A stretch of 42,514 bases of DNA from Octopus sinensis (GCF_006345805.1 NW_021826262.1:1-42514), one strand, 5' to 3'; positions 23,770-37,480 are shown, counted from the stretch's first letter. Notes: generated by a model not told the origin, from the letters alone. A program made the numbers and translations.

Positions 23770-23850
23770 ATTATTAAAATTATTATTATCATCGTCATCA
23801 TCATCATCAACATCATCGTCATCATCATCATCATTATCATTATTATCACT
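23690..23850. repeat. (CAT)n/(TAT)n compound microsatellite
   Basis: Direct reading. Confidence 0.95.
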
Positions 23851-24485
23851 ATCGTTTATTATGCTAATAATATTATTGCTGTCGGCTGTTCTCCATTTCC
23901 TGTGAAAAACAGCGATGGCGACGATAATATTTCGTAAAGAGCGACGTGCTTGCCTGGCAGTATGACTTGCAGTATTTTGCCATAGAGGATAGAGGAAGTA
24001 AGTTTTATAATACAATGGTTTATCATATAATCTCTAATAATAATCAGTGAATTGATAAATTGACCAAATTCATCGTGGCAAATGATAAGGTATTGGACTA
24101 TTAAATATTACGATAGCAAATACATTATAAGAGCAATATAAATTCACCTCTGTCGCTCCATTCAATTTTACATATACTTTTACGTTCCTATTGTTCTTCA
24201 TGTTATCATTGTTAGTATTAATGTTACTATGCATTTATTATTAGTAGTATTATTGTCAGCAATGTTTTACTACTAATGTTCTTCTTGTTGTTATCGTTAA
24301 TGTATTTGCATTCATGAAGCTGTTGTTGCTGTCACGGTTGTTCATGCTCTTCTGAGATGCTAGACACACTAGACTTGCTAGAGTAATAAAAAAAGAAAAG
24401 GCTAACTGTCGCCATCTGCTGTGATGAAAATGAATATGATGTTGAATCTCTGTGTGTAACTTCGTGTGTTTGTGTGTGTGTGTAT

Positions 24486-24647
24486 AGGCGCAGGACTGGC
24501 TGTGTGGTAAGTAGCTTGCTTACCAGCCACATTGGTTCCGGGTTCAGTCCCACTGAGTGGCTTCTTGGGCAAGTGTCTTCTACAATAGCCCCGGGCCGAC
24601 CAAAGCCTTGTGAGTGGATTTGGTAGACGGAAGCTGAAAGAAGCCCG

Positions 24648-24685
<38 letters not shown>

Positions 24686-24886
24686 TGTTTGTGTGTCTGT
24701 GTTTGTCTCCCCAACATCGCTTGACAACCGATGCTGTTGTGTTTACGTCCCCGTCACTTAGTGGTTTGGCAAGAGAGACCGATAGAATAAGTACTAGGCT
24801 TACAAAGTCGTGGGGTCGATGTCCTCGACTAAAGGCGATGCTCCAGCATGGCCGCAGTCAAATGACTGAAAGAAGTAAAAATTTAA

Positions 24887-24930
<44 letters not shown>

Positions 24931-25178
24931 TCTTACCAGTTTTCAGCTGGAAAGCTGCGTGATGCTGGGGGCGTGGCTGTGTGATAAGGAGCTCGCCTCT
25001 CAAACCACATGGTTCCGGGTTCAGTCCCACTGGGTGGCACCACGAGCAAGTCTTCTACTATAGCCCGACCAACTCGTTGTGAGTGGATTTGGTAGACGGA
25101 AACTGAAAGAAGCCCATCTTATATACTATATGTATATATTTGTTTGTGTGTGTGTGTGTATATGCGTGTGTGTGTGTG

Positions 25179-25209
<31 letters not shown>

Positions 25210-25401
25210 TGTCCCCGCCATCACTTTACAAACGATGCTGCTGTGTTATGACCCCAAAACGTAGCGAATCAGCAGAGGATATCCGGAAGGATAAGTACTA
25301 GGCTCACAATGAATGTAGTCTTGGGTCGATTTCTTCCACTAAAAGCCTTTAAGGCGGTGCTCCAGTATGGCTGCTGTCAAATGACTGAAACAAGTAAAAG
25401 A
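24486..25401 (+). mobile_element. Two tandem family-A SINEs (24486-24880, 24968-25401)
   Basis: Full head-microsatellite-tail structure in both. Confidence 0.9.
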
Positions 25402-25557
25402 ATCAAAGAACATACTGCTTATTCATGGCTTCCTCATTCAACTGGTTATCAAATATAGCTGAATAAGCAGTATGTTCTTTTAATCTTTTACTTGTTACAG
25501 TCATTTGACTGCAGCCATGATGGAGCACCGCCTCAAAGGCTTTTAACTGAAGAAATC
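25328..25557. repeat. Long inverted repeat (98-nt arms, 34-nt loop)
   Basis: 25328-25425 versus the reverse complement of 25460-25557: 10 mismatches in 98, no gaps. The innermost 21 bp are perfect. Confidence 0.9.
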
Positions 25558-26525
25558 AGGCGCTAGAGCGCTTTTAAATGGGATTGGCCATAGGCACAAA
25601 TTATTTATTGATACGAGAGTGGAAATCTGCGCCAAATTACTTATTGGCCACGTTGATTCTCAAATCATTCCTCAGTTCGCAAGCCTCACCATATTGCTGA
25701 ATGGTCAGTACATTGAAGACTAACATTGATGCTAACTAACGCTTGTCAGAAGCACTACACACTTCTGTCACATTCATCACCTTTTTTCTCCCTTCTACTC
25801 ATTTCACAGCTTTCATGCCTGATGCCCTATCTTAATTCCCCCGATATTACTATCTCTACAGCCCGCCTACCATCACACTCTTCACTTTTGTTTTCTAAAT
25901 ATTCATCGATGCGCATTCACACCCACGCTGTGATTGGCATACCATATTCCCAGTCTCTCCGACTTCACCGCCTCTGCATTCGCTATCATGAATTTGAAAG
26001 CTAGGCGCAAGGCAGTCCATTTATTTAAGTGGGGCAGCCATCCAGCCATGACAAATATGAACACTTCCAATACTCACGTCAATGACTATAGCTCTGCCTT
26101 TCTCACGCTGCCATCGGAGCTGAAGTCAGCCGATGCCTTTTTCCTCTCGCCTATCATTCTGTCCATCTGTAATGTGTCTTAACGTGTGTGTGTGTGCTTA
26201 CAAGCGTATTTACACGTGTATATGTGTGTGTTCTGTGTGTGTTTCTGTGAGCTTGTGTGTCTGTGTATGTTTTATGTATATGTTTTATGTACGTATTTGT
26301 AATATGTATAGCAATTGAAATATATCTGCGGCCGTGTGACAGACATTCTATATTATATCTATGAAGTTGGACGCAGAACTCCCGAAATAGACATATACAG
26401 ACACACACATACAACACACACCACGCACACACACACACACACCACGCACACACACCACACACACACACCCACACATATATATATATATATATTATATATA
26501 TATATATATATATATTATACTATAT

Positions 26526-26934
26526 ACTCTTACTCTTTTACTTCTTTCAGTCATTTGACACTGGCCATCATGGAGCACCGCCTTTAGTCGAACAAATCGA
26601 CCCTAGGACTTATTCTTTGTAAGTCTAGTACTTATTGTACTGGTCCCTTAGGCCGAACCGCTAAGTTACGGGGACGTAAACTCAACAGCATCGGTTGTGC
26701 GATGTTGGGGGAACAAACACAGACACACAAACATATACACACACATACACATATATATATATACATATATACGACGGGCTTCTTTCAGTTTCCGTCTACC
26801 AAATGCACTCACAAGACTTTGGTCGGCCCGAGGCTATAGAAGAAGGCACTTGCCCAAGATGCCATGCAGCGGGACGGAACCCGGAACCATGTGGCTGGTA
26901 ATCAAGCTACTTACCCCACAGCCATACCTTCTGC
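26526..26934 (-). mobile_element. Family-A SINE, full length
   Basis: Reverse complement of the head-microsatellite-tail structure. Confidence 0.92.
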
Positions 26935-27063
26935 TATGATATATTTTTCAACTAGATCTCTTGGAATTTCTGGAAGAGATTTGAAACAACCACCTGTGTG
27001 TTGTATTACTACTTCTCAACACCCCTACCTACTGAGCCACCAAAACAACAACATATTTATGTT

Positions 27064-27153
<90 letters not shown>

Positions 27154-27391
27154 TGTATGTATGTATGTACGTATGTATGTATACAAAGTTACGCAAACAC
27201 GCGCACCCATACGCATGCACACAAGCACACTCAAACATTTATATGAAAGATTTGTACTACTACTTATATATTTTTTATACGGTCATCCCTGCACCAATAT
27301 AAATTTTCAGCTATACTAAAGGTTAGGTTCCAATACAAACTTTTTATTCACCTTTTAAACTCTACATGTTTAACTACTTTTGTACAACACT

Positions 27392-27422
<31 letters not shown>

Positions 27423-27439
27423 GTAGCTATATGTATAAG

Positions 27440-27487
<48 letters not shown>

Positions 27488-27681
27488 CATATATGTATGT
27501 ATACTTATGTACAAATCCATAAAAATATACATATGTACGTCTGTATACAATATATATATATAATATATATATATATACACACATATATAAACATACTTGT
27601 GTAAATATAGTATATATATATATTATATACACATACATACATACTACATACATACATACACACACACATACACACACACAC

Positions 27682-27721
<40 letters not shown>

Positions 27722-28628
27722 TAACATATATAAATACTTACATACATACACATATACGCACATACATATATAGCTTTATATATGTATATATGTATATCTA
27801 TACATATATGTATATTCATACGTACATGCAAGCGTACGCAAGCATATCTACATAGATAAGTATATGTGATATTAATGGCTGTAGATGATAAAAAGCCTCA
27901 TACACGCATACACGCATACACATAAATCGGGATATTTTTGTATCTATGTATTTTGAAGTATATATAAATATCACTGTGTGTATGTGTGTGAGTGTGTGCA
28001 GGCGTACCTGCGTGGGTACCTACTTATGTAAACTTGTAGTTTTAAATCGAAATTTACTTTGAATTCTATTGATTTAAGAATTCATAATAAATTCATATGA
28101 AAGAAGCTGTTTGTCTGGCTGCCTGTGGAAATGGTTGTGTAAGCGGTTAATTCCATGATTGTGAGTACTCTAAACCAATTTGCTTATATACTGCCTTTTA
28201 ATTGTTTAGCGATATGCATACACCCACCGACACAGAGACACACAGACAGAGACACAAACACACACACACACACACACATACATATATATATATGTGTATA
28301 TAGAAATATATATATATATATATAGGAATATATATGTCTATATCTACAAATATAAGTTAGCACGTGTGTATATATTTGCATATATACATGTGTATATAGT
28401 ACAATTTAATAAATATTAATATAAAAATGTCTCTATCTAGGCAATGTATATAATTGTAAACATAAATAATTATATAACTATAAATATGCATACATATATA
28501 CATAGGTGTATGTACAGGTGTATGTACTTACAGGTGTATGCACACTTGTGTATATGTATATAGAAGTCTGTATATATAGCTATACACACATATACATATA
28601 TACATATGTCTATATGAATATACACCTA

Positions 28629-28699
<71 letters not shown>

Positions 28700-29545
28700 C
28701 ATACGTACATACATAGATATATATATATATACATATATACATCTACGAACACGTTCATACAGAGACGGACATTTATATGCAAATAATATCACACGTAAAT
28801 GATATAGCCGTTTTAAATAAGAAAATTTTTATACACGCAAAAATAGATAAGTATGCAGATATATACACACATATACAAATACACACACGCACACACACAC
28901 ATATACACACACATATATATGTATGTACACACAGTCACGTACACACACCCACACACACGCACGCACACATGCACACACAAACATTTATATGAATGATTTG
29001 TACTACTACAAAATGTATGTTTATATGTGTGTGTGAGTATGTGTGTATATTTCTGTTAGAAAATGTGTGTATTAATATGATTTATGTACGTGTGTCTGCA
29101 TGTATGTATATTTGTATACAGGTACATACATTTGTTTTTGTGTATTTGTACATAATCTGAAAAATAGAAATGTCAGATTGAAAAAGAAATCCCATCGATG
29201 TTTATGAGCGCACAGTGTATTCTAATCTCTTTTTCTACTACAAACTCTATATCCGGTTTGAAAATAGAAAAGTTTCTTGCACAAAACTATGAAATCACAA
29301 TTTATCTAAGAATTTTTTTTTCCTACTCTCACTTATTTACAACTTCTATACTAATACTACCTCCTTCTATGTATCCCCGTCTCCCTCACACTTCCCCTCT
29401 TTCTCTATCTCTCATTCTTTGCATAAAAAAAAATATATATACATATATAATATTATATCTATATATATATATATATATATATATAGGGAGAAGATAGATA
29501 GATAGATAGATAGATAGATAAGATAGATAGATAGATAGATAGATA

Positions 29546-29886
29546 CGCGCAGATGTGACTGTGTGGTAAGAACTTTGGTTCGTAATCATTTGGTTCCGGG
29601 TTCAGTCCCACCGTGTGGCACCTTGCACAGGTGTCTTCTACAATAACCTCGAGCTGAACAAAGTTTTGAGAGTGAATTTGGTAGACGGATAGAAGCTGAA
29701 AGAATCCTTTCGTGTATATAAATATATTACGTTCTGAGTTCAAATTCCGCCGAGGTCGACTTTGCCTTCCATCCTTTCGAGGTCGATAAATTAAGTAGCA
29801 GCTGCGTACTGGAGTCGATCTAATCGACTGCCCACTCCCAAATTTTTTTTCAGGCCTTTAGAAAATGTATATACATATATATATAT

Positions 29887-29954
<68 letters not shown>

Positions 29955-30243
29955 GTGTGTGGGTCTCTCTTTGTATGTGTGTTTATATGTGTATGTTGTG
30001 CTTGTTTGTGTGTGTGTGCCTTTATGTGTGTTTTTGCGTATGTATTTCACTTCAAAACCTCTTGACAACCGTTGTTGGTGTGTTGACGGCATGTAACGTA
30101 ACCGCTCGGCAAAAGACAAAGAAAGAATAAGCGCAAGACTAAGAAAGAAACAAGTACTAAGATAGACTTTTTCAAGTAGAAGTTCTCCAATGTCGTGCTC
30201 CAGCATGACCGTAGTCAAATAATAGAAGCATGTAAAAGATAAA
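29546..30243 (+). mobile_element. Family-A SINE with a 5'-truncated family-B SINE (29728-29862, +) nested in its internal microsatellite
   Basis: A head 29546-29716, then B gttctgagttcaaattccgccgaggtcgac..., then (TA)n(TG)n, then A tail 30050-30243. Confidence 0.85.
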
Positions 30244-31439
30244 CTCTTTTAGCATTTTCATATTCGCAAAACTCTTTATAGCAGCGCGTGGTATGTCTTA
30301 ACTTCGTGCACGTGAGGTTCATTACCTCCGGAGATTAGCATGTGGACTCAGAACAGGACATGAGTCCGATGCGAGGTATTTCTCAGCGTAAGCGTGAGAA
30401 GAAAATGAGAGAGAGAATGTCGTCGTTTCTTGCTTAAATACAGCTTGCCGGGGAATATCTCGGTGTCGTCTCGCGCATGGCAAATGTTTGCAGGCAAGAT
30501 CTCGTTCTTATCTCGCACATTGCAATTGCTACTGGCGAGATCTCGTTCAAAATGGTGCTGACTTCTTGTGCCTCGCTACAGTATCAAGCGACAATGTTTA
30601 GTGTCGTAAGTTAAGGCTAACATGTTTGACCGAACATATCTAGTGACAGACAATATGTAATTGCTACAAGTATAAGGTGAGTTATGAGAATTTATAGAAC
30701 AAGTATGCTATAGAAACTCAACAAATTGTTAAAGATAGAGAAGAGATCTTAAAAATTTGAAAAGAATTTAATCCATGCATACGATCGTTTCAAACAATAA
30801 CATTACCATGTAAATAACGTGGTAGAAAAATTAAAATTAAATTAATTACATATTACTGTTCTCCTCAGTGCGAAAATAGAATAAATAAAAAAAATTATTA
30901 TTATTGTTACAGGAGACGTGTTGGAGTGAGTATCACATAACATATTGGGATATACAGATTATCCTTATGAAAGTTTAAGAGAATGCTAAGATAGTATTGA
31001 GTCTAGATGCGTATGAACTAAAACATATATATATATATATATATACAAAGCATGTATATATACAAAGATATATGCATATATACGTCGGGCATGATTCAAT
31101 AGTTAAGTTCCTTTGACACAGCCTGTCTTTGCAGCCGTCTATCAGCCTCATCTAGGCATATCAGGAATTGATTTCTGCCAAAGAGACACGGACAGACAGT
31201 AAAAAGAAGCGAAAGAGAGAGAGAGAGAGGGCTAAATCGGTATTCACGAAATGACGAATGAGTATGTTGCTCATGGTTTTGTTTCATCTGAGAGCGAAGA
31301 CAAAACGAATGAATACCAAAATACACTTAGTGCTACATTAATATGTATATATTCACACATACATACATATATGCATATATGTGTATGTGTCTGTGCGTGT
31401 GTGTGTTGTGTGTGAGTGTATGTGTGTGAATATGTGTAC

Positions 31440-31515
<76 letters not shown>

Positions 31516-33824
31516 TAGATAGATAGATGTGTGTAAGTGCGTGTGTGTGTGTGTGTTTATGTGCTTGCATGCGTGTTTGTGCCCTTCATGCTCCGGATTT
31601 CTTATAATCATCATAGTAGTTCCATTGAACAAATTATATACTTGTTGGTTTTTATCAATGTCCGGCGTCTCCTACCTACAAGTAAAAATCATTAACGTAA
31701 AATTCACACAGATTCAGTTGGACAGAATGTGTGACAATACTGGTCCATTGGAATTAATCCACGTAGAACATGAGTAAGGATTCCAAGCAGATTCCGTCCA
31801 CCCAAATTGTTTATATAATACCAGTAGTGAAGGGGACTCAGTAGAAAAATGTATAAAAAATGTAAGAAGTCTCATCTGTTTGCGACGGATGCGTGAATGA
31901 TATTTGAGTCCAGGTATGGATTTTGCTATGAAATCACAATGGGAATAGTGAAGACTTTCTTTATACCTGAAATTGATTGCAGGATATAATTCTGTTATTG
32001 CTCTGTTTCATCAGCTCAAATTTTGTAGATGCATCACATCTTACTTTATGACAATCGGTTCAATGTATACAATAGCTTTCTCAAGATGTTAAATTGAGCT
32101 GTAGGGATTTTAGTGGTTGTTTCAGCTTATCCTTATACTTAAGGATGGATCTTTCTTTAATCTGGGAATCCCTCTAATTGTGTGTGATGACATGTAAAGG
32201 TATCCAACCAGGAGCCAAATTATTGCAAGGCAAAATTGTTAACCACTCAGGCCTTTTTGTATTGCTATATACATATAGATATATTTACGTCTCTTTTACT
32301 GAACGGGAATCACATTCAAGGCCTTACTGGAATTTTGTAGCTTCGGTTTTCATAGTTTGGAAACTGTTACACAGAAATATCTTCAGCGTGTGGTCGGTAG
32401 TCCTACTCAAGAAATCACTTCCCGGGAAACAAGTTAATATATTAATACATACAAAACACACGTTTATATACATAGATATATTCATGCGTCCATGTATATA
32501 TTGTAGCCGTTGCAGTTATGAGCGACAATTGAACAATGATGCTTCATTCCAGTTTCTTAGACTCTTCTTTTATACAAAAGAGCAAATAGAGTCGATTATT
32601 TATTTGCCTTCGTATAGCTGACATTGTTTCAAATGAAGAAGTGAGACAGAGATGGAAGTCATTTGGCTACCTTCGTTGAGCTTCATTTCTTAATTTCTTT
32701 TATTTTTTTCTGTTCAGATACCAAACCACCCGTATCAACTTTATTTTTCTTCATTTAAGTACCAATAAAATGAATACAAAAATTTGATGAAATCTAGCAC
32801 CGTTACAAACGAGGAAGCGTCTGCTTTCAAGAATACCGAAAAAAATGTTTGGGACATTCGTTCCGGCTCCTTAAATTGTTCTTTGAAATCTCACAAATAT
32901 TAACATTGCCTTTCGCTTATTTCGCATTTCTTAAAATTAAGTATCATCCAAATATGGCGGTTTAACCACATCCTTAAAATTGCTGGCTCTGCGCCTTGGT
33001 AAGAAACCGTTATTTTGATGGTGTCTTATTGACAGCTGGTGGATGATAAAATCTGCGAGTGAGTTGAAAAACTGCTTTGCTATAAAAATATCATTACTCG
33101 ATAACTGGAAAATAGCCTATAGAAACTGTTAAAGTTGATCAGGAAAATACAATGAGGAGATTATCATAAAACAGGTTATAGATGCACGATGAAAAACTGT
33201 CTCCGAGTGTACATCAGAGCATGTTACAACATGGGAAATCCTAGTTCAGGACCATTAATGTCAACATCGTAATGAAGAACAAAAAACAAAAAGAATGACA
33301 GTACAATGACTTCGTATATAAAAATGAACTCCTAATATAGAATATGAAAAATGTCTTCAACAATATTAGACAAAATTTTTAAAAGTACACAGAAAATAGG
33401 TCTTTTAAAGAAGCTTATGAATGCGGTGACCGATGAGAGGACATCTACTGAAACAGCGAATGAATAATCACCAATGAAATGAACACTAACAATGTATGAC
33501 ATTGCGTAGCCAGACAGAATGCATTAAAGCAATTGGCGGGCGCCATGAACGATAGGGAAACAAAATTTGAGAAATAATAGATATACGATACTGAAGACGA
33601 GGTCTAAAGAAAGATATAATAAACAATGCATGGGAAAAGAGATGACGACAACCACAGGTACCATAATTCAATTGATAACAGCTAAAATGTTGAGAAAACA
33701 TTGGCAAAGAATGAATTTGCTAAACGTAGAATTACACTGGATGCCTAAGGAATACATTTCTGGCCTAATGATCGCAGTGACATGAAACTAAAATTGCTAG
33801 AAATTTTACTCAATAATATGTATG

Positions 33825-33855
<31 letters not shown>

Positions 33856-34224
33856 TCTATATACATATATGCATATATATATGTATATATGTTTGTATGT
33901 GTATATGTATATATATATATATACGCATACATTAATCAAAATAAAAACATGATGCCAAGGATTCAGCGGTACATATGTTTCGGGCCTTTATTAGACGGAT
34001 TTATAACAATGCATAATGTGCATATACATATATGCATTCATACATATGTATATAAATACATATACATAAACACACAGACACACATACACACATATACATA
34101 AATTTTAATCTTTATGTCTATTTTTTTCATTTTACAAATCCTTTATTGCAATTTTATATAAATATTTCTTCCTTTTATACTTTTTTAGTTTATACTCTTT
34201 ATTCTGTCATATTATATTATATGT

Positions 34225-34589
34225 GGAGGTGCAATGGCCCAGTGGTTAGGGCAGCAGACTTGCGGTCGTAAGATCGCGGTTTTGATTCCCAGACTGGGCG
34301 TTGTGAGTGCTTATTGAGCCTCCACGAGCCTCTGGCAGGAGTTGGTGGCGAACCCTCCTGTTAACTTTCACCATAACTTTCTCTCACTCTTTCGTTCTGT
34401 TTCTCTTGTACCTGCATTTCAAAGGGCTAGCCTTGTCACACTCTGTGTCACGCTGAATCTCCCCGAGAACTACGTTAAGGGTACACGTGTCTGTGGAAAT
34501 GCTCAGCCACTTGCATGTTAATTTCATGAGCAGGCTATTCCGTTGATCCAATCAAACGAACCCTCGTCGGCTTAACCGACGGTGTGCCA
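34225..34589 (+). mobile_element. tRNA-derived SINE (family C head and body, tail type 2)
   Basis: TGGCCCAGTGGTTAGG...GGTTTTGATTCCC. The head and body match 461-756 and the tail matches 17255-17572. Confidence 0.88.
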
Positions 34590-35249
34590 CCTTTGTATTA
34601 TGCAATTATATATTTTTTATTTTGTATACATATTTACCCTCGTATATACTGGTATAATTTCTATGGATTGGGAAGGGATTTGTAACATCTTTCTATAGTT
34701 AATCATATTATTTTCTAATACAATATAGTATTTATATTTATTTATGTATATTTACCTTTTATATACATCTGATATATATATATATATATATACGATATTT
34801 TTATTTATATATATGTGGTATTTTCATACCTTTTTATACCTTTTGAGATTTCTTCATATTGGCACAAATTTTTATATAATTATATTTTAAGTATTCTTTT
34901 TAATAAGTTTATATCCCTTATAGAATTGAATATCGTTTTTTAGCACTTACTCTTTGATTTTCACTCAACAGAAAATATATAGCCGTTCTCTGATCAAATC
35001 TGAATTTAATTATGGGTTCAATGTTAAATAGTTTTATCATGACCACCTTAACAGTATGCTAGGATGAAGCATTATAAGGTTTCTATCGTATGTAAAAGTT
35101 CCCCGTTTTTTAGGGCTGAGATTCTTTTATCTATCCTTCTTCTCTTACTTGGTCCTTAAATCCCTTTCTAAATTATATTATTTAATATACAAAATATAAT
35201 GATATTTAATAATAATAATATATAATGTTGCTAAATTTAGATATACATT

Positions 35250-35700
35250 TTCGCCCTGTACCCTTAATAACCACCAATATCTCAATGCGACATCCTTTGT
35301 TTTCTACTTTAGATAATCATAATATATGTTTCTCGTTATCAACCATATACCATTGTCTTGCTAGCATCTTCTGAGGCATGTTCTTTTACATAATCATAGT
35401 GAATTTATAGTCACCGTAAAATATCACCAGCAGGAAGCACTTAACTGTCAATTCCCAATGTTTTTTCATTCTAAGGGTATATAGACTATTTGCTGTATAA
35501 AATCTTTTGATTGTGATAAGGATAAAGATGAATGTAGCTATATCACCACTACTCTTACTTGAACCCCATTTTTACTTTCTTCTGCCACTCTAAATTATAA
35601 TAGGCTTTAAGTATTATATAAATTTATTCAGCTACAATAATAGTAGTAAGCTTTGTAATTCTTTTATTCTCAATTTCTGAAGAAAATTTTGATAAAAAAG
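35250..35700 (-). mobile_element. Possible highly decayed LINE APE endonuclease remnant
   Basis: Broken minus-strand peptides IIVAE, SSGDIATFI and LLVIFYGDY lie in the order of the APE motifs (DII.LQE, GGVAI, GDFN). There are many stops and frameshifts. Confidence 0.25.
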
Positions 35701-35829
35701 TATAATAGAGAATCCTATATATTGAAAATATATATGATCTTACGCGTCCGAGGAGAGCGGTTTATTTCAAATTGATATAATGCTTGCGTTGATCGATTAA
35801 ATGGAGCCGCTTGAAACGGCCGCAATGCA

Positions 35830-36270
35830 CTAATATACACCTCAAGTGCTTGGAGGAGATAGTGCTACCTTGGGTGAAGAGGATGACTGCACACAAGCAG
35901 ATGAATCTAGACATGGCTGTCAGACAATTTCTGCGACCACATCACCCCCTAACATCTGGCCACCTAACTCCCCAGACTACAACCCCCTTGATTATTATGT
36001 GTGAGGCGCAGTCGAACGATATACCGACAAAACTCCTTGTAGTATCAAAGATGAACTGAAGGCAAGGATTATGGAACCATTCACCAACTTAAACAAGGAG
36101 ACTGTCCAAAAGAGTTACGGGAGATTCTGAAGTCGTGTGGAGGTTGTGGGTGAAGCCAATGGCAATTTTATTGAATAAATTTACTCTTTCGTATTTCAAG
36201 ATATTGTTACGTAATTTTGGCAAATATATCTGTCAGTGTTATTTTCATTTCTGCATAATTCGGATGACAT
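35830..36270 (+). mobile_element. Tc1/mariner-superfamily transposase C-terminal relic (WPPNSPD-type, probably DD37D/maT-like)
   Basis: CLEEIVLPWVKR...WLSDNFCDHIT/PNIWPPNSPDYNPLDYYV*GAVE...EANGNFIE* (stop 36176-36178). Confidence 0.85.
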
Positions 36271-36936
36271 ATACACTGCACACATTATACATACATACAT
36301 ACATACATACATACATACATACATACATACATACATACATACATACACACACTCTTACAGGCGCATATGCAAAAGTTCACACGCAGACACAAATATAGTA
36401 AAACATTATCTAAAAGTTTATTTTCAGTAATCGTATCAAGGAAAACAATAAGTTATTAGCATGCTTCAATTTAAGATGAAAGACGCTAGCTCTAACTTAA
36501 GTATCGAGTACTTCTCGTTTGTAAAATGGCAAGTACATCAATGTACATGCAGGCACAACTACTCAAACGGACAAACATACTCACAAACACGCATACATGT
36601 ATGCAGTCATATATATATATATACACAGGTATACACACGTATACACATATCGCTTTGGTGCATATGCAAATCTATACATCTGCTGTTATGTCTATTTATC
36701 TTATAACCATCTCTCTGTATATGCATATATACATACACGTAGAAGCAGACACGTCTATACAAATTATTATACACACACACAAACACACACAAACACACAT
36801 ACACACACAAACAAACATATATATATATATATATATATAACGGGAAGCTTTATGAAAATAAACAAAAGACGAAGGCAGGTGGAAACAAACGAACAATTGT
36901 ATAGTATGGCGCTCAGGAAATATAAAATAAAACAAG

Positions 36937-36974
36937 TCTTTAACGTTTCGAGCCTACGCTCTTCAACAGAAAGA
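36937..36974 (-). ncRNA. Minimal type-I hammerhead-ribozyme-like motif with a variant core
   Basis: UCUUU-CUGUUGA-A-GAGC(GUAG)GCUC-GAAACGU-U-AAAGA. Helix I is 5 bp, helix II is 4 bp and helix III is the palindrome ACGU. Confidence 0.6.
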
Positions 36975-37155
36975 ACACAGAGAGAGAAAAACACAGAAAG
37001 AAGGAGAGAAAACAAATGCGTGCAGTAGCTAACGAATCAACATGGCGATCTGATTTCGGCCAGAGGTCAAGATCAAACATGAGACGCGAGAGCGAAATAA
37101 GGGGAGATAATAGGGTTGATAAGGGTTGAGGGACCAGCTAAAAGTGCGTGGGAGG

Positions 37156-37480
37156 GGTCTGGATGTGTGTATGTATAGGGTTGGTGTATGTATTAGTATG
37201 TATAAGGGTGTGGTGTGTGTGTGTGTGTGTATGAGAGATATTAGTGCGTAGGATTGGTCTGGACGTGCGTATGTATGGGTTGGTGTATGTATTAGTATGT
37301 ATTAGTATGTATTAGTACGTATTGGTATGTATAAGTGTGTGTGTGTTGTATGAGAGAGTATAAGTGCGTATGCGGGGTCTGGACGTGTGTATGTATAGGG
37401 TTGGTGTAAGTATTAGTATGTACTAGTATGTATTAGTACGTATTAGTATTAGTACGTATTAGTACGTATTAGTTGGTGTG
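37156..37480. repeat. Three-unit compound minisatellite with an internal (GTATTAGTAY)n
   Basis: The anchor ggtctgga occurs at 37156, 37256 and 37376. Confidence 0.85.

Noticed and set aside
24937-24946. 10-nt cassette ttccag|CTGAAAACTG|gtaaga
   Set aside because: Not frame-preserving, squeezed between a microsatellite and a SINE head, with no peptide support.
25570-25940. Several reverse CCAAT boxes
   Set aside because: Short motifs without other promoter evidence.
29130-29156. 27-nt symmetric cassette tttcag|...AAT|gtatgt
   Set aside because: It lies in AT-rich low-complexity DNA and the peptide has no collagen character. It shows that such cassettes arise by chance here.
30300-30600. CpG-rich segment with an apparent acceptor and donor and short repeats (AGATCTCGTTC x2)
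   Set aside because: All three minus-strand frames hit stops between the sites, and there is no recognisable family or structure.
33160-33780. Possible decayed LINE coding remnant
   Set aside because: I could not identify any diagnostic RT or endonuclease motif.
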